Assembly (NCBI RefSeq): GCF_003058365.1
Contig: NZ_CP028858.1
Coordinates: 1,846,836 to 1,910,835 of the forward strand
From: Halococcoides cellulosivorans
Lineage (GTDB): Archaea > Halobacteriota > Halobacteria > Halobacteriales > Haloarculaceae
Direction of reading: 5' to 3'
Length of the DNA: 64,000 nucleotides
Shown here: positions 49,812 through 61,311 of the stretch, in pieces
How positions within the stretch are numbered: position 1 is the first letter of the stretch
How the letters are laid out: each line of letters opens with the position of its first letter
Made by a program: the position numbers and the translations under genes
Notes under the pieces: generated by a model
Told to the model about the DNA's origin: nothing
What the model saw: only the letters and a program-made list of their open reading frames with translations
Database searches by the model: none

Positions 49812-50719
49812 TGGCCGACGAACTGCAGTTCATCGAGGACGGCCTCCAGCGCACCCAGATCGACGAGTTCTTCGAAGACGAACTCGGTCGAGCGGGCTAC
49901 GGCGGCATGGACGTCGCCAAGACGCCGATGGGGACCCAGATCGTCCTCAGGGCCGAGAAACCCGGCATGGTGATCGGGAAAGGCGGGAAGAACATCCGCA
50001 AGATCACCACCGAACTCGAAAACCGCTTCGGCCTCGAAGACCCCCAGGTCGACGTGCAGGAGGTCGACGAACCCGACCTGAACGCGAAGATCGTCGCTGA
50101 TCGCCTGGCGAACGCGCTCGAACGCGGCTGGTACTTCCGCAAGGCCGGCCACACCACGATCGACCGGATCATGGACGCCGGCGCGAAGGGTGCCGAGATC
50201 GTCCTCAGCGGGAAGGTCACCGGCGCGCGCTCGCGCGTCGAGAAGTTCAACCGCGGGTACATCAAGCACAACGGCGAACCCGCCCAGGAGATCGTCGACC
50301 ACGGACAGGGCGTCGCCGTCATGAAACTCGGCACGATCGGGGTGGACGTGAAGATCATCCCGCCCGAGGCCGAGTTGCCCGACGACTTCGAGGTCTACGA
50401 CGACATCGACGTCAGCGAGTACGTCGAGGACGTCGAAGAGGGCTCCGTCGAGGAGCTGCTCGCGGGCGAACCCGAAGAGGGTCCCGAGGGCGACGCTGCC
50501 GACGACCTCGTCGAGGCCGACGACGCCGCGGAGGCCGAGGAGGCCGACGTGGACGAGGCAGACGACGCGCCCGACGAAGAGGCGATCGAGACGCCCGATC
50601 CCGACGCCGTCGAGGAGGAACTCGACGACCTCGACGAGGAGACCGAGGCTGACGCCGAAGAGCTCCTCGACGAGATGGACGAACAGAGTGACGAGGACAG
50701 CGAGGGTGACGACGAATGA
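49811..50719 (+). CDS. rps3: 30S ribosomal protein S3 (uS3) with about 90-aa acidic C-terminal extension
   Basis: KH domain GKGGKNIRKI; D/E-rich tail. Confidence 0.95.
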   Translation: MADELQFIEDGLQRTQIDEFFEDELGRAGYGGMDVAKTPMGTQIVLRAEKPGMVIGKGGKNIRKITTELENRFGLEDPQVDVQEVDEPDLNAKIVADRLANALERGWYFRKAGHTTIDRIMDAGAKGAEIVLSGKVTGARSRVEKFNRGYIKHNGEPAQEIVDHGQGVAVMKLGTIGVDVKIIPPEAELPDDFEVYDDIDVSEYVEDVEEGSVEELLAGEPEEGPEGDAADDLVEADDAAEAEEADVDEADDAPDEEAIETPDPDAVEEELDDLDEETEADAEELLDEMDEQSDEDSEGDDE

Positions 50720-50922
50720 GTATCGTTCACCCGACGGAGCTTCGAGACATGACGCCGGCCGAGCGCGAGGCCGAACTGGAAGACCTCCAGACCGAGCTGA
50801 TGAACTCCGAGGCCGTGAAGGCCACTGGCGGCCAGCCCGAGAACCCCGGTCGGATCTCGGAACTGCGCAAGGCCATCGCACGGATCAAGACGATTCAGCG
50901 CGAGGAGGGGGACCTGGACTGA
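50716..50922 (+). CDS. rpl29: 50S ribosomal protein L29 (uL29)
   Basis: uL29 family. Confidence 0.9.
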   Translation: MSIVHPTELRDMTPAEREAELEDLQTELMNSEAVKATGGQPENPGRISELRKAIARIKTIQREEGDLD

Positions 50923-51248
50923 TGGCCCTGACGCCCGCGACGCTCCCGCGACACGAACTGACCGGCCTGCCCGCACGCGTGCGGGCGGCCGCCGACGAGG
51001 GTCGGGTCGGAACGACCGGCCGGATCACCGCCGAGACGACTGCAACGCTGACGATCGCGACGAGCGAGCGGGCGCTCCAGGTGCCCAAGCGGGGGACAAC
51101 GTTCGCGATCGGCGTCCCACGCGACGGCGACCACCGGCGAGCGGCGATCGACGCCGCCGACGCCGAGTGGGTCGCAGTCAGCGGCGACCGCCTGATCGCA
51201 CGCCCCGCACGACGGACCGAACATAGAGGTGACTCAACATGGCGCTAG
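50922..51248 (+). CDS. rnp1: RNase P protein component 1 (Rpp29/Pop4 homolog)
   Basis: Sits at the conserved L29-Rnp1-S17 position, with an Sm-like beta-barrel sequence. TGATGG overlap with rpl29. Confidence 0.75.
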   Translation: MALTPATLPRHELTGLPARVRAAADEGRVGTTGRITAETTATLTIATSERALQVPKRGTTFAIGVPRDGDHRRAAIDAADAEWVAVSGDRLIARPARRTEHRGDSTWR

Positions 51249-51583
51249 GACTGAACGTCGACCGACCGGACGCGACCTGTGACGACGATAACTGCCCGTT
51301 CCACGGCACGCTCAGCGTGCGCGGGCAGACGATCGAGGGCACAGTCGCGTCCACGGACATGGACAAGACCGTAATCGTCGAACGAGAGTACGACGTGGGT
51401 GTCCCGAAATACGACCGGCTGATGAAACGCCGGTCACGGGTCCCCGCGCACGCTCCCGAGTGTCTCGACCTCTCGGAGGGCGCGACCGTGACGATCGCTG
51501 AGTGTCGACCACTCTCGAAGACGAAAAGCCACGTCGTCGTCGACGTGGCCGAGGCATCGGACGAGCCCGGAGGTGCGGACTGA
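51239..51583 (+). CDS. rps17: 30S ribosomal protein S17 (uS17)
   Basis: uS17 OB-fold signature. Confidence 0.95.
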   Translation: MALGLNVDRPDATCDDDNCPFHGTLSVRGQTIEGTVASTDMDKTVIVEREYDVGVPKYDRLMKRRSRVPAHAPECLDLSEGATVTIAECRPLSKTKSHVVVDVAEASDEPGGAD

Positions 51584-51981
51584 TGGAGGCGTTGAACGCC
51601 GACGTCACACAGGGCCTCGAAAAGGGATCGATCATCAACTGTGCGGACAACACCGGCGCACGCGAGCTGAAAGTCATCAGCGTGGCCAACTACGGCGGGA
51701 CGAAAAACCGCCACCCGAAGGCCGGCCTCGGTGACAAGATCACCGTCTCGGTGACGAAAGGCACGCCGGAGATGCGCCGCCAGGTCCTCGAAGCGGTCGT
51801 GATCCGCCAGCGCAAGCCCGTCCGACGGCCGGACGGCACGCGGGTCAAATACGAGGACAACGCCGCCGTCATCGTCGACGAGAACGACGACCCCCGCGGC
51901 AACGAGATCAAGGGGCCGGTCGCCCGCGAGGTGGCCGAACGGTTCGGCGCGATCGGATCGACCGCGACGATGATCGTCTAA
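51583..51981 (+). CDS. rpl14: 50S ribosomal protein L14 (uL14)
   Basis: [15 protein letters not shown] signature; ATG 51583. Confidence 0.95.
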   Translation: MEALNADVTQGLEKGSIINCADNTGARELKVISVANYGGTKNRHPKAGLGDKITVSVTKGTPEMRRQVLEAVVIRQRKPVRRPDGTRVKYEDNAAVIVDENDDPRGNEIKGPVAREVAERFGAIGSTATMIV

Positions 51982-51983
51982 CA

Positions 51984-52346
51984 ATGACTGAACAACCACA
52001 CAAACAACGCAAGCGACAGGCGAACGCGTCGCTGCACGAGCGACACGCCCAGGTCCGATCGACACTGACCGGTGACCTCCGCGAGGAGTACGGCCAGCGA
52101 TCGGTCCGGGTCAACGAGGGCGACACCGTCGAGGTCATGCGTGGCGACTACGCGGGCGAGACCGGCGAGGTCGTCAACGTCGACCTGAAAGACGCCTCGC
52201 TGTTCGTCGAGGACGTCACGCTCGAAACCGCCGACGGCGAGGAAGTCCCCCGACCGCTCGACGCGAGCAACGTCCGGGTGACCGCTCTCGACCTCGACGA
52301 CGAGCGACGGGTCGAACGCCTGGAATCGGAGGCGGATACCGCATGA
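51984..52346 (+). CDS. rpl24: 50S ribosomal protein L24 (uL24)
   Basis: KOW motif. Confidence 0.95.
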   Translation: MTEQPHKQRKRQANASLHERHAQVRSTLTGDLREEYGQRSVRVNEGDTVEVMRGDYAGETGEVVNVDLKDASLFVEDVTLETADGEEVPRPLDASNVRVTALDLDDERRVERLESEADTA

Positions 52347-53158
52347 GCAACCATCAGAAGCGACTGTCAGTACCGAACTCCTGGCCAGTCGAGCGCAAGA
52401 CCGAGACGTTCACGGTCGCGCCCGAGGGCCCGCACGGCGAGGCAGGGGTCCCCCTGCTCATCGTCCTGCGGGACGTTTTGGGCTACGTCGACAGCCGGAA
52501 GGAAGCACGGTACGCCCTCGAACAGGACCAGGTCCTGATCAACGGCGACCCCGAGCACGACGAGACGCGCCCGGTGGGGATGTTCGACATCCTCGCCTTC
52601 AGAGAGCGCGACGAGTACTACCGGGTGTTCCCCGGCCAGGGCGGACGCCTCGCCCTGACCGCGATCGACCCCGACGACGCCGAATCGAAGCTCGGCAAGA
52701 TCACCTCGAAGACCGAGGTTTCGGGCGGGAAGATCCAGCTCGGCCTCCACGACGGCGAGACGCTCGTCGTCGAGGACCAGGGCTACGCGCCCCGGGACTC
52801 GATCGTCGTCGCGAACGACAGCGAGGAGATCCTCGCGCACTTCGAGTACGAAGAGGGCGAACTCGTCACTGCCGTCGACGGCCAGCACGCCGGCGAAGTC
52901 GGCCGGATCGAGGAGATCCAGGTCACGCCCGGCAGCGGGACGAACAACGTCCTCGTCGAGCAGGCCGACGGTCCGGGCTTCGAGACCATCGAAGAGTACG
53001 TCGTCGTCATCGACGAGAACTTCACCGAGAGTGACGACGAGGCCGACGCCGACGCAGAGGCTGAGGACGCCGACGACGCCGAGGAGGCCGACGCGGACGC
53101 TGAGGCCGACGAGGCCGATGCGGAGGCTGAGGCCGACGACGGAGGTGCGGACGAATGA
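52343..53158 (+). CDS. rps4e: 30S ribosomal protein S4e (eS4) with acidic tail
   Basis: eS4 family; D/E/A repeat tail. Confidence 0.95.
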   Translation: MSNHQKRLSVPNSWPVERKTETFTVAPEGPHGEAGVPLLIVLRDVLGYVDSRKEARYALEQDQVLINGDPEHDETRPVGMFDILAFRERDEYYRVFPGQGGRLALTAIDPDDAESKLGKITSKTEVSGGKIQLGLHDGETLVVEDQGYAPRDSIVVANDSEEILAHFEYEEGELVTAVDGQHAGEVGRIEEIQVTPGSGTNNVLVEQADGPGFETIEEYVVVIDENFTESDDEADADAEAEDADDAEEADADAEADEADAEAEADDGGADE

Positions 53159-53682
53159 GCTCGACCGACACCGGGTTCCACGAGATGCGCGAACCCAGCA
53201 TCGAGAAGGTCGTCGTCCACATGGGCATCGGCCACGGTGGCCGAGACCTGGCGAACGCCGAGGAGATCCTCGAAGCCGTCGCCGGCCAGGAGCCCGTGCG
53301 GACGTCCGCGAAAGCGACCGTCGGTGAGTTCGACATTCGCCAGGGCGACCCGATCGGCGCGAAGGTCACGCTGCGCGGCGAGGACGCCGAGGAGTTCCTC
53401 GAAACGACCTTCGAGTTCACCGAGCTGTCAGCGAGTCAGTTCGACGAGACCGGCAACGTCAGCTTCGGCGTGGAGGAACACACGGAGTTCCCCAGCCAGG
53501 AGTACGACCCCGAGACGGGGATCTACGGGCTCGACGTGACCGTCAACCTCGTCCGACCGGGCTATCGCGTCGCGAAACGCGAGCAGGCCAGTCGGGCGAT
53601 TCCGGACGGCCACCAGTTGACGCCGGCGGACGCGATTCAGTTCGTCGAGCAGCGGTTCGACACGGAGGTTACAGATGAGTGA
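53155..53682 (+). CDS. rpl5: 50S ribosomal protein L5 (uL5)
   Basis: uL5 family. Confidence 0.95.
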   Translation: MSSTDTGFHEMREPSIEKVVVHMGIGHGGRDLANAEEILEAVAGQEPVRTSAKATVGEFDIRQGDPIGAKVTLRGEDAEEFLETTFEFTELSASQFDETGNVSFGVEEHTEFPSQEYDPETGIYGLDVTVNLVRPGYRVAKREQASRAIPDGHQLTPADAIQFVEQRFDTEVTDE

Positions 53683-53851
53683 GAGTGAGAGTGACGCGAC
53701 GGGCGAGCAAGCCGCCAAGCGCACCGGTTCGCGTGAGGCCTGCCAGCGGTGTGGCCGCGAGCAGGGCCTGGTCGGGAAGTACGACATCTGGCTCTGCCGG
53801 CAATGCTTCCGCGAGATCGCTCGTGACATGGGCTTCGAGAAGTACAGCTAA
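53675..53851 (+). CDS. rps14: 30S ribosomal protein S14 type Z (uS14), zinc-binding
   Basis: [25 protein letters not shown]; below the ORF-track cutoff, found by manual translation. Overlaps the rpl5 stop. Confidence 0.85.
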   Translation: MSESESDATGEQAAKRTGSREACQRCGREQGLVGKYDIWLCRQCFREIARDMGFEKYS

Positions 53852-53853
53852 CG

Positions 53854-54246
53854 ATGACATCTAACGATCCACTCAGCGACGCGCTGTCGGCGATCGACAA
53901 CGCCGAGAGCGTCGGTAAGCTGGACCAGCGAGTGACGCCCGCCTCGGACGAGATCGGGTCAGTCCTCGAAGTACTCTACGACCGCGGCTACGTCGCGGGC
54001 TTCGAGTACGTCGAGGACGGCACGAGTAGCGCCTTCGAGGTCGAACTGAACGGTGCGGTCAACGAGTGTGGCTCGGTCACGCCCCGCTATTCGGCGGGGG
54101 CCGACGAGTTCGAGCGCTGGGAGAAGCGCTTCCTCCCGGCACGTGACTACGGCACACTCGTCGTGACCACCAGCCACGGGATCATGAGCCACTACGAGGC
54201 CCGAGAGGCGGGCATCGGTGGCCAGGTGATCGCGTACGTCTACTGA
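53854..54246 (+). CDS. rps8: 30S ribosomal protein S8 (uS8)
   Basis: uS8 family. Confidence 0.95.
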   Translation: MTSNDPLSDALSAIDNAESVGKLDQRVTPASDEIGSVLEVLYDRGYVAGFEYVEDGTSSAFEVELNGAVNECGSVTPRYSAGADEFERWEKRFLPARDYGTLVVTTSHGIMSHYEAREAGIGGQVIAYVY

Positions 54247-54248
54247 CA

Positions 54249-54815
54249 ATGCCACGAATCGAATGCGAACTGCCGGACGCAGTCGACGCGACGGTCGATC
54301 ACCTCGACGTGACCGTCGAGGGCCCCGAGGGGACGGTCTCGCGACGGCTCTGGTACCCCGACGTCTCGGTCTCGATCGAGGACGTTCCGACGGAGTCCGA
54401 CGAGGACACCGTCGACGCGGTCGTCATCGAGTCCGAGGAGTCTGACGCCGAGACCCGCGCGACCCTGGGGACCTTCGAGAGCCACGTCGAGAACATGATC
54501 CACGGAGTGCAAGAGTCCTGGACCTACGAGATGGAGGTCTACTACTCGCACTTCCCGATGCAGGTCTCCGTCGAGGGAGACGACGTCGTCATCGAGAACT
54601 TCCTCGGTGAGGCCGCCCCGCGTCGCACCGCGATCCACGGCGACACGACGGTCGAGGTCGAGGAGGATCGAATCACCCTGTCCGGGCCCAACATCGAAGA
54701 CGTGGGCCAGACCGCAGCGGACATCGAGCAGTTGACCCGCGTCACCGACAAGGACGCGCGGGTCTTCCAGGACGGGGTCTACATCACCGAGAAGCCATCC
54801 CGAGGTGAGGTCTGA
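54249..54815 (+). CDS. rpl6: 50S ribosomal protein L6 (uL6)
   Basis: uL6 family. Confidence 0.95.
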   Translation: MPRIECELPDAVDATVDHLDVTVEGPEGTVSRRLWYPDVSVSIEDVPTESDEDTVDAVVIESEESDAETRATLGTFESHVENMIHGVQESWTYEMEVYYSHFPMQVSVEGDDVVIENFLGEAAPRRTAIHGDTTVEVEEDRITLSGPNIEDVGQTAADIEQLTRVTDKDARVFQDGVYITEKPSRGEV

Positions 54816-55789
54816 TGAGTACACCCGAAACGATCGACGACATCAGCGGCGTCGGTGAAGCCAAAGCCGAGGCGCTCCGCGAGGCGGGCTACGACTCCGT
54901 CGAGGCGGTCGCCGCGGCCGAACAGGAAGAACTGGCCGACATCGAGGGAGTCGGGAACGCTCTCGCAGCCCGGATCAAGGCCGATCTGGGCGACCTCGAG
55001 GTCGACAGCGATGCCGACCCATCGGACGACAGCGATGCCGACGAGGATGCCACGGCAGACGCCACGGACACCGAGTCCGACGCAGACGCCGAGGAGTCCG
55101 AACCGGACGACCAGCCCCAGACGCTCACCGACATCAGCGGCGTCAGCGACGAGCGCGCCGCCGCACTGGACGAGGCGGGCTACGAGTCCGTCGCGGACGT
55201 CGCGAGCGCCGACCAGGAGGATCTGGCCGAGGTCGAGGGCATCGGCAACGCCCTCGCGGCGCGGATCAAAGCCGACCTGGGCGATCTGGACGTCGAGGAC
55301 CGCGAGGTCCCCGAACCGGAGTCCGAAACCGAGACCGAGGAGGTCGAGACCGAACTCCGAGCGCGCGGGCTGACCGAGAAGACGCCCGACCTGGACGGCG
55401 AGACCGAGCGCCTGCTGGCCCAGCGCCAGCGGGTCTCGAAACCGCAGTTCAACCGCCAGGACTACCACAAAAAACTGCGCGTCCCGACCTCCTGGCGGAG
55501 TCCCAAAGGCGACCTCTCGAAACAGCGCCGCGGGATCAAGGGCAAAGGCGACACCGTCGAAGCGGGCTTTCGATCACCGAAAGCGACGCGTGGCCTGCAC
55601 CCCAGCGGCTTCGAGGAAGTCCGGGTCCACAACACCGACGACCTCGAGGGCGTCGACCCCGACACCGAGGCGGTCCGTATCGGTTCGACGGTCGGCGACC
55701 GGAAACGCGAACGCATCGAAGAGCAGGCCGAGGACGCCGAGATTCGCGTCCTGAACCCGACCTACGTCGAAGTGGAGGTATCAGAATGA
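54815..55789 (+). CDS. rpl32e: 50S ribosomal protein L32e (eL32) with duplicated N-terminal HhH-like extension
   Basis: eL32 core ([16 protein letters not shown]...) preceded by two about 100-aa near-identical modules ([21 protein letters not shown]... / [21 protein letters not shown]...). Confidence 0.9.
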   Translation: MSTPETIDDISGVGEAKAEALREAGYDSVEAVAAAEQEELADIEGVGNALAARIKADLGDLEVDSDADPSDDSDADEDATADATDTESDADAEESEPDDQPQTLTDISGVSDERAAALDEAGYESVADVASADQEDLAEVEGIGNALAARIKADLGDLDVEDREVPEPESETETEEVETELRARGLTEKTPDLDGETERLLAQRQRVSKPQFNRQDYHKKLRVPTSWRSPKGDLSKQRRGIKGKGDTVEAGFRSPKATRGLHPSGFEEVRVHNTDDLEGVDPDTEAVRIGSTVGDRKRERIEEQAEDAEIRVLNPTYVEVEVSE

Positions 55790-56232
55790 CTGACCTGAGC
55801 GCACAGAAGCGCCTCGCCGCGGACGTCCTCGACGTGGGCAAGAACCGACTCTGGTTCGACCCCGACGCCCAAGACGAGATCGCCGACGCGATCACCCGGG
55901 CGGACATCCGCGAGCTGATCGACGACGGGACGATCCAGGCCGACGAGCCGGAAGGCAACTCCCGTGGTCGGGTGCGCAAACGCAACGCCAAACGCGCCGA
56001 GGGCCACCGGAAAGGCCACGGTACGCGGAGCGGAACCGCCGGCGGGCGCGAGGATCCGAGTGCGGTGTGGACCTCGACGATCCGCGCGCAGCGCAACCGG
56101 CTGCAGGAACTTCGCGACGACGGCGACCTCGATCGGTCGACGTATCGCACGCTGTACGACCGGGCGAGCGGCGGCGAATTCGACAGTGTCGCTGACCTCG
56201 AACGGTATATCGACGACAACTACGGTGACTAA
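55786..56232 (+). CDS. rpl19e: 50S ribosomal protein L19e (eL19)
   Basis: eL19 family. Confidence 0.95.
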   Translation: MTDLSAQKRLAADVLDVGKNRLWFDPDAQDEIADAITRADIRELIDDGTIQADEPEGNSRGRVRKRNAKRAEGHRKGHGTRSGTAGGREDPSAVWTSTIRAQRNRLQELRDDGDLDRSTYRTLYDRASGGEFDSVADLERYIDDNYGD

Positions 56233-56233
56233 T

Positions 56234-56797
56234 ATGGCAACAGGACCACGCTACACGGTGCCGATGCGGCGCCGCCGCGAGGGCCGGACGGACTACCATC
56301 AGCGGTTGCGCCTGCTGAAATCCGGCAAGCCGCGGCTCGTCGCGCGGACGAGCAACGCGGCAGTCAGGGCGCAGCTGGCGACCCCGACCCCCGACGGCGA
56401 CGAGACACTCGCAGCGGCCGTCTCGACCGACCTCGCGGAGTACGGCTGGGAGGCGCCGACGGGCAACCTGCCCGCGGCGTACCTCACGGGCGTCCTCCTG
56501 GGGCGGCGCGCCCAGGCGATCGGGATCGAAGAGGCCGTGCTCGACATCGGCCTCAACACCCCGACGCCGGGCAGCAAGGTGTTCGCAGTACAGGAAGGTG
56601 CAATCGACGCTGGGCTCGACGTTCCCCACAACGACGACGTCCTCGCAGACTGGTCACGCACGCGCGGCGAGCACATCGCCGCGTACGCCGACCAGCGTGA
56701 GGAGGACCTCTACAGTGGAGACTTCGACGCCACGGAGCTGCCCGCACACTTCGATTCGATGCGGGAGCAACTGCTCGAGGAGGACATCGAACTATGA
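56234..56797 (+). CDS. rpl18: 50S ribosomal protein L18 (uL18)
   Basis: uL18 family; ATG 56234. Confidence 0.9.
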   Translation: MATGPRYTVPMRRRREGRTDYHQRLRLLKSGKPRLVARTSNAAVRAQLATPTPDGDETLAAAVSTDLAEYGWEAPTGNLPAAYLTGVLLGRRAQAIGIEEAVLDIGLNTPTPGSKVFAVQEGAIDAGLDVPHNDDVLADWSRTRGEHIAAYADQREEDLYSGDFDATELPAHFDSMREQLLEEDIEL

Positions 56798-57429
56798 GCG
56801 CAGACGGATGGGAACCACAGACGCGCCTCGGTAAGCAGGTTGCCGAGGGCGAGATCGACTCGATGCGCGAGGCCCTGAACGCCGGGCTCCCGCTGAAAGA
56901 ACCGGAGATCGTCGACCAGCTCGTCCCCGGGCTGGAAGACGAAGTCCTGGACATCAACATGGTCCAGCGCATGACCGACTCCGGCCGCCGGGTGAAGTTC
57001 CGGTGTGTCATCGTCGTGGGCGACCGCGACGGGCTGGTGGGGTACGCCGAGGGGCGTGACGACCAGGTCGGCGGCGCGATCCAGAAGGCCATCGAGATCG
57101 GGAAGCTGAACCTGATCGACGTCTCCCGCGGCTGTGGGTCGTGGGAGTGTGGCTGTGGCCGACCGCACACGGTCGCGCTGCGCACGAAAGGAAAGGCCGG
57201 GTCGGTCGAGGTCGAACTCCAGCCCGCGCCGCGTGGGCTCGGACTCGCGGGCGGAGAGACCGTCCGACACGTCCTCGAACTCGCCGGCATCGAAGACGCC
57301 TGGACGCGATCCAGTGGGAACACCCGGACGACGGTCAACTTCGCGAAAGCGACGTTCGACGCGCTCCGGAAGACCGCCGAGGCGCGCGTCCCCGAGCGAA
57401 CGTTCGAGAAACGCGAGGTGATCGAGTGA
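56794..57429 (+). CDS. rps5: 30S ribosomal protein S5 (uS5)
   Basis: uS5 family. Confidence 0.95.
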   Translation: MSADGWEPQTRLGKQVAEGEIDSMREALNAGLPLKEPEIVDQLVPGLEDEVLDINMVQRMTDSGRRVKFRCVIVVGDRDGLVGYAEGRDDQVGGAIQKAIEIGKLNLIDVSRGCGSWECGCGRPHTVALRTKGKAGSVEVELQPAPRGLGLAGGETVRHVLELAGIEDAWTRSSGNTRTTVNFAKATFDALRKTAEARVPERTFEKREVIE

Positions 57430-57884
57430 TGGAAGCGCTCGTCCAGCTTCGCGGCGAGGTCGACATGACCGGCAAGACCCAGGACACCCTGGAGATGCTC
57501 AACCTCGGGCGCGTCAACCACGCGACGGTCGTCCCCGAGACCGACGCCTACAACGGTATGATCGCAGTCGTCAACGACTACGTCGCCCACGGCGAGCCCT
57601 CCGCGGACGTGCTCGGGACAGTCATCGAGCGCCGCGGAGCGGCCACCGAGGCCGACAGCGTCGAGGCGGCCCTCGACGCGGCCGGCTACGACGACGCGAC
57701 CGCGGCTGCCGAGGCCCTCCTCGACGAGGAGACGACGCTTCGCGACCTCGGTCTCGAACCGACGCTGCGCCTGCACCCGCCGCGCGGCGGGCACGACGGC
57801 ATCAAACAGCCGAAACAGACCGGCGGCCAACTCGGACCGGCCGACACCGACCGAATGGACGACCTGCTGGAGGCGATGCGATGA
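57429..57884 (+). CDS. rpl30: 50S ribosomal protein L30 (uL30)
   Basis: uL30 family; TGATGG overlap with rps5. Confidence 0.9.
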   Translation: MEALVQLRGEVDMTGKTQDTLEMLNLGRVNHATVVPETDAYNGMIAVVNDYVAHGEPSADVLGTVIERRGAATEADSVEAALDAAGYDDATAAAEALLDEETTLRDLGLEPTLRLHPPRGGHDGIKQPKQTGGQLGPADTDRMDDLLEAMR

Positions 57885-58360
57885 CGTCCAAGAAACGACG
57901 CCAGCGCGGGAGTCGAACCCACGGCGGCGGATCCCAGAAGAACCGGCGCGGTGCGGGGCATCGCGGTGGCCGCGGCGACGCCGGACGGACCAAACACGAA
58001 CAACTGATCCACGACCCCATCGGCAAGTCGGGCTTTACCCGCCCCGAGAAGGTCACCGACGACGTCGCGGAGGTCTCACTCCAGAAGCTGGACGAGGACG
58101 CCGCGCTGCTCGCGGCCGACGGCCTTGCCGAAGAGGTTGAGGGCGGCTACCGGATCGACGCCCGGGAGATTGCCGACGATGACGAGGCAGACTTCGTGAA
58201 GGTACTCGCCACCGGGCAACTCCGACGCGAACTCGAAGTCGTGGCCGACGCGTTCAGTGACGGGGCCGAGGAGGCCATCGAGGCCGCCGGCGGCACCGCC
58301 GAGTTGACCGACCTGGGCCAGGATCGCCAGACAGAAGACGACGGCGAGAGCGACGACTAG
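57881..58360 (+). CDS. rpl15: 50S ribosomal protein L15 (uL15)
   Basis: uL15 family. Confidence 0.95.
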   Translation: MTSKKRRQRGSRTHGGGSQKNRRGAGHRGGRGDAGRTKHEQLIHDPIGKSGFTRPEKVTDDVAEVSLQKLDEDAALLAADGLAEEVEGGYRIDAREIADDDEADFVKVLATGQLRRELEVVADAFSDGAEEAIEAAGGTAELTDLGQDRQTEDDGESDD

Positions 58361-58362
58361 CG

Positions 58363-59874
58363 ATGAGCTGGAAGGACACCGCCGAACCGGTCCTCACGCG
58401 GATGCCCACAGTGCGGCGTCCACAGCGACACGTCCCGTTCAAACGGAAGCTGATGTGGACGGCCGGGATTTTGGTGCTGTATTTCTTCCTGACGAACGTC
58501 CACCTGTTCGGCATGCCGGTCGATCCAGAGGCGGGCGACGCGTTCGGCCGGTTCCGGTCGATCCTGGCCGGTGGGGCCGGGACGATCATGCACCTCGGGA
58601 TCGGGCCGATCGTCACCGCGAGCATCGTGTTGCAGTTGCTCGGCGGGGCGGACTTACTCGGCCTCGACACCGAGAACAACCCCCGCGATCAGGTGCTCTA
58701 CCAGGGCCTTCAGAAGTTCCTGGTACTGGTGATGATCTGCCTGACGGGCCTGCCGATGGTGTTCGCGAGCGACTACCTGCCCGCGAGTAGAGCGGTGCAG
58801 GAACTGCTCCCCATTGGAAAAATGGGACTGAAGTGGCTCATCTTCGCCCAGATCGCACTCGGCGGTGTCCTGATCCTGTACATGGACGAGATCGTGAGCA
58901 AGTGGGGCGTCGGCAGCGGTGTCGGCCTGTTCATCATCGCTGGCGTCAGCCAGCAGCTGTTCGGTGGACTGACCATCCGGCAGTTCGGCGACGCCGGATC
59001 GTTCGCAGACCTCTCACTGGGGCTCATCCCGCGATGGGCCGGCTTCGTCTCGAACTGGCTCAATCTCGGTGTCGGAGAAGTCGAGTTCCCGACGACAGTG
59101 AGTGGGTGGCTGTTGACCGACGCCGGACTGGAGATCATCCCGATCATCACGACGATCCTGATCTTCGTGATCGTCGTCTACGCCGAATCGGTCCGCGTGG
59201 AGATCCCGCTGAGTCACGCCCGCGTGAAGGGGGCCCGTGGACGGTTCCCCGTGAAGCTGATCTACGCGAGCGTCCTGCCGATGATCCTCGTCCGGGCGCT
59301 CCAGGCCAACATTCAGTTCCTCGGCCAGATCCTCCACCAGCAGTGGGCCGGCATGCCTGGCTGGGTCGGCCAGTACGCCGACGAGGGGGCCCAGGTCACC
59401 GGTGGCGTGTTCTACTATCTCGCGCCGGTCCAGAGCCGTCAGGAGTGGATGTGGTGGCTCGGTGGTCAGGCCTCGAACATGGAGCCCTGGCAGATCTTCC
59501 TCCGGGTCGGCATCGACCTCGGAATCATGGTGTTCGCCGGTGGGCTGTTCGCGATCTTCTGGGTCGAGACGACCGGGATGGGCCCGGAATCGACCGCCCA
59601 GCAGATCCAGAACTCCGGGATGCAGATCCCCGGGTTCCGCCAGAACCCGTCGGTCCTCGAAAAGGTGCTCGAACGGTATATCCCGCAGGTGACGGTCATC
59701 GGCGGGATGCTCGTCGGGTTCCTCGCCGTGATGGCGAACCTGCTCGGCACGATCGGTGGCGTCTCGGGGACGGGACTGCTGCTGACCGTGAGCATCACCT
59801 ACAAGATCTACGAGGAGATCGCCGAAGAGCAACTCATGGAGATGCACCCCATGATGCGCCAGATGTTCGGCTAA
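58363..59874 (+). CDS. secY: Preprotein translocase subunit SecY
   Basis: 10 TM helices with SecY signature; canonical position after rpl15. Confidence 0.95.
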   Translation: MSWKDTAEPVLTRMPTVRRPQRHVPFKRKLMWTAGILVLYFFLTNVHLFGMPVDPEAGDAFGRFRSILAGGAGTIMHLGIGPIVTASIVLQLLGGADLLGLDTENNPRDQVLYQGLQKFLVLVMICLTGLPMVFASDYLPASRAVQELLPIGKMGLKWLIFAQIALGGVLILYMDEIVSKWGVGSGVGLFIIAGVSQQLFGGLTIRQFGDAGSFADLSLGLIPRWAGFVSNWLNLGVGEVEFPTTVSGWLLTDAGLEIIPIITTILIFVIVVYAESVRVEIPLSHARVKGARGRFPVKLIYASVLPMILVRALQANIQFLGQILHQQWAGMPGWVGQYADEGAQVTGGVFYYLAPVQSRQEWMWWLGGQASNMEPWQIFLRVGIDLGIMVFAGGLFAIFWVETTGMGPESTAQQIQNSGMQIPGFRQNPSVLEKVLERYIPQVTVIGGMLVGFLAVMANLLGTIGGVSGTGLLLTVSITYKIYEEIAEEQLMEMHPMMRQMFG

Positions 59875-59899
59875 CAGCGCCGGCCATCACCCCGGCCGA

Positions 59900-61213
59900 C
59901 TACTCGACGATCGACGGCTCTTTTCCGGCGGCGACATAGTACAGCGCCCCGCACAGCGCGATCGCCCCGCCGACCGCGAGTGCGACCGGTGGCGCGACCC
60001 ACGTCCAGAGCGCGCCACCGAGCGCCGCACTCGGGATGACGACGACGTTGCGCACCAGATAATAGGTTCCCGTGACGCGCCCGCCGGCGTCCGTGGCGGC
60101 CGGCCCGACGATCGCCGCCTTGTGGGCGGGCAAGCCCGCGAACCGCAGGCCCGACGCCCCGAAGACGACGATCATCGCCCACGGCTTCGCGGGCGCAACG
60201 ATCAGTGCGAGTGGGATCAGCCCGTAGACGGCGAACCCACTCGCGACGACGGGCTTGTACCCGATCCGATCAGCGATCGCCGCCGCGGGTATCATGACGG
60301 CGATCGCGACGCCCATCTCCAGGCCGAACAGCAGGCCCACGAACGTCGCGGGCGCGAGATCGATCGCCCAGGTCCACTGGCCGACCGCGATCGTCTCCAG
60401 GCCGACCGCGAGCCACCGGGTGACGACGAGGACGAGAAACACGTAGACGACGCCGTTGCCGAACCGGACGAGCGTATCACCCACGAGCAGCGGGCGCAGG
60501 GACGGCGGCATCGCCCGGAGGTCCGCGACGATGCGATCGATCCCCGCGAACGCCCGCCCGATCGAATCCTGGCTCGCGTCGTACAGGCGGTGCTGGACGA
60601 GGGTCCCGAGCGCGCCGGCCCCGACCGCGAGCGCGAGCACGTATCGAAACCCCGCCTGGAAGTCCGCGCCCTGCGCGACGAGCACGGCCGCAAGCACCGG
60701 GCCGAGCAGAAAGGCCAGCCGACGGACGCTCTCGGTGCTCGCGAAGCCGGCGGCGAGTCGCCCCGGCGCGGTGGCCTGGCGGACGACCGCGAACGTCGCG
60801 CCCAGACCGAACGACTTCCAGGCCTGTGCGAGCAGGAGGCCGACGAACACCCAGATCCAGGGCTCGACGACGAATGGGCCCACCTGGATCGGCCCGAGCC
60901 AGGAGGCCCCCAGCCAGACTGCGAAGCCCAACGTTGCGACCGCGCCGAACAGCGTCAGCGCCCGCCGCGAACCGATCCGATCCGAAATCGCACCCCCGGG
61001 GTACGGATAGAGCGCGCCGATGGCGTTGCCCACCGTCCCGAACAGGCCGACGACCAGCCCCGACGCGCCCAGCACCTGGAGGTACTCCGGGAGGTATCGT
61101 GTCGTCATCTGAAAGCCCAGACTGAACGCGAACATCGCCACCGAGAGGACGAGGACGCCACGATCGAACGCGAACACAGTATCGAGTCGGTCCCGGACGG
61201 GCGAGCGGCCCAT
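59900..61213 (-). CDS. MFS transporter
   Basis: 12 TM helices; MFS loop motifs. Confidence 0.8.
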   Translation of the reverse strand: MGRSPVRDRLDTVFAFDRGVLVLSVAMFAFSLGFQMTTRYLPEYLQVLGASGLVVGLFGTVGNAIGALYPYPGGAISDRIGSRRALTLFGAVATLGFAVWLGASWLGPIQVGPFVVEPWIWVFVGLLLAQAWKSFGLGATFAVVRQATAPGRLAAGFASTESVRRLAFLLGPVLAAVLVAQGADFQAGFRYVLALAVGAGALGTLVQHRLYDASQDSIGRAFAGIDRIVADLRAMPPSLRPLLVGDTLVRFGNGVVYVFLVLVVTRWLAVGLETIAVGQWTWAIDLAPATFVGLLFGLEMGVAIAVMIPAAAIADRIGYKPVVASGFAVYGLIPLALIVAPAKPWAMIVVFGASGLRFAGLPAHKAAIVGPAATDAGGRVTGTYYLVRNVVVIPSAALGGALWTWVAPPVALAVGGAIALCGALYYVAAGKEPSIVE

Positions 61214-61311
61214 ACGCCGTCTGGTCGCGCCGGTGCCAACAGTGTTCGGGACGCCGGGACCGCGTCACCCACGTTGAAAGCCTTAAACGGACCCTTCCAC
61301 AACCTCGTAGT

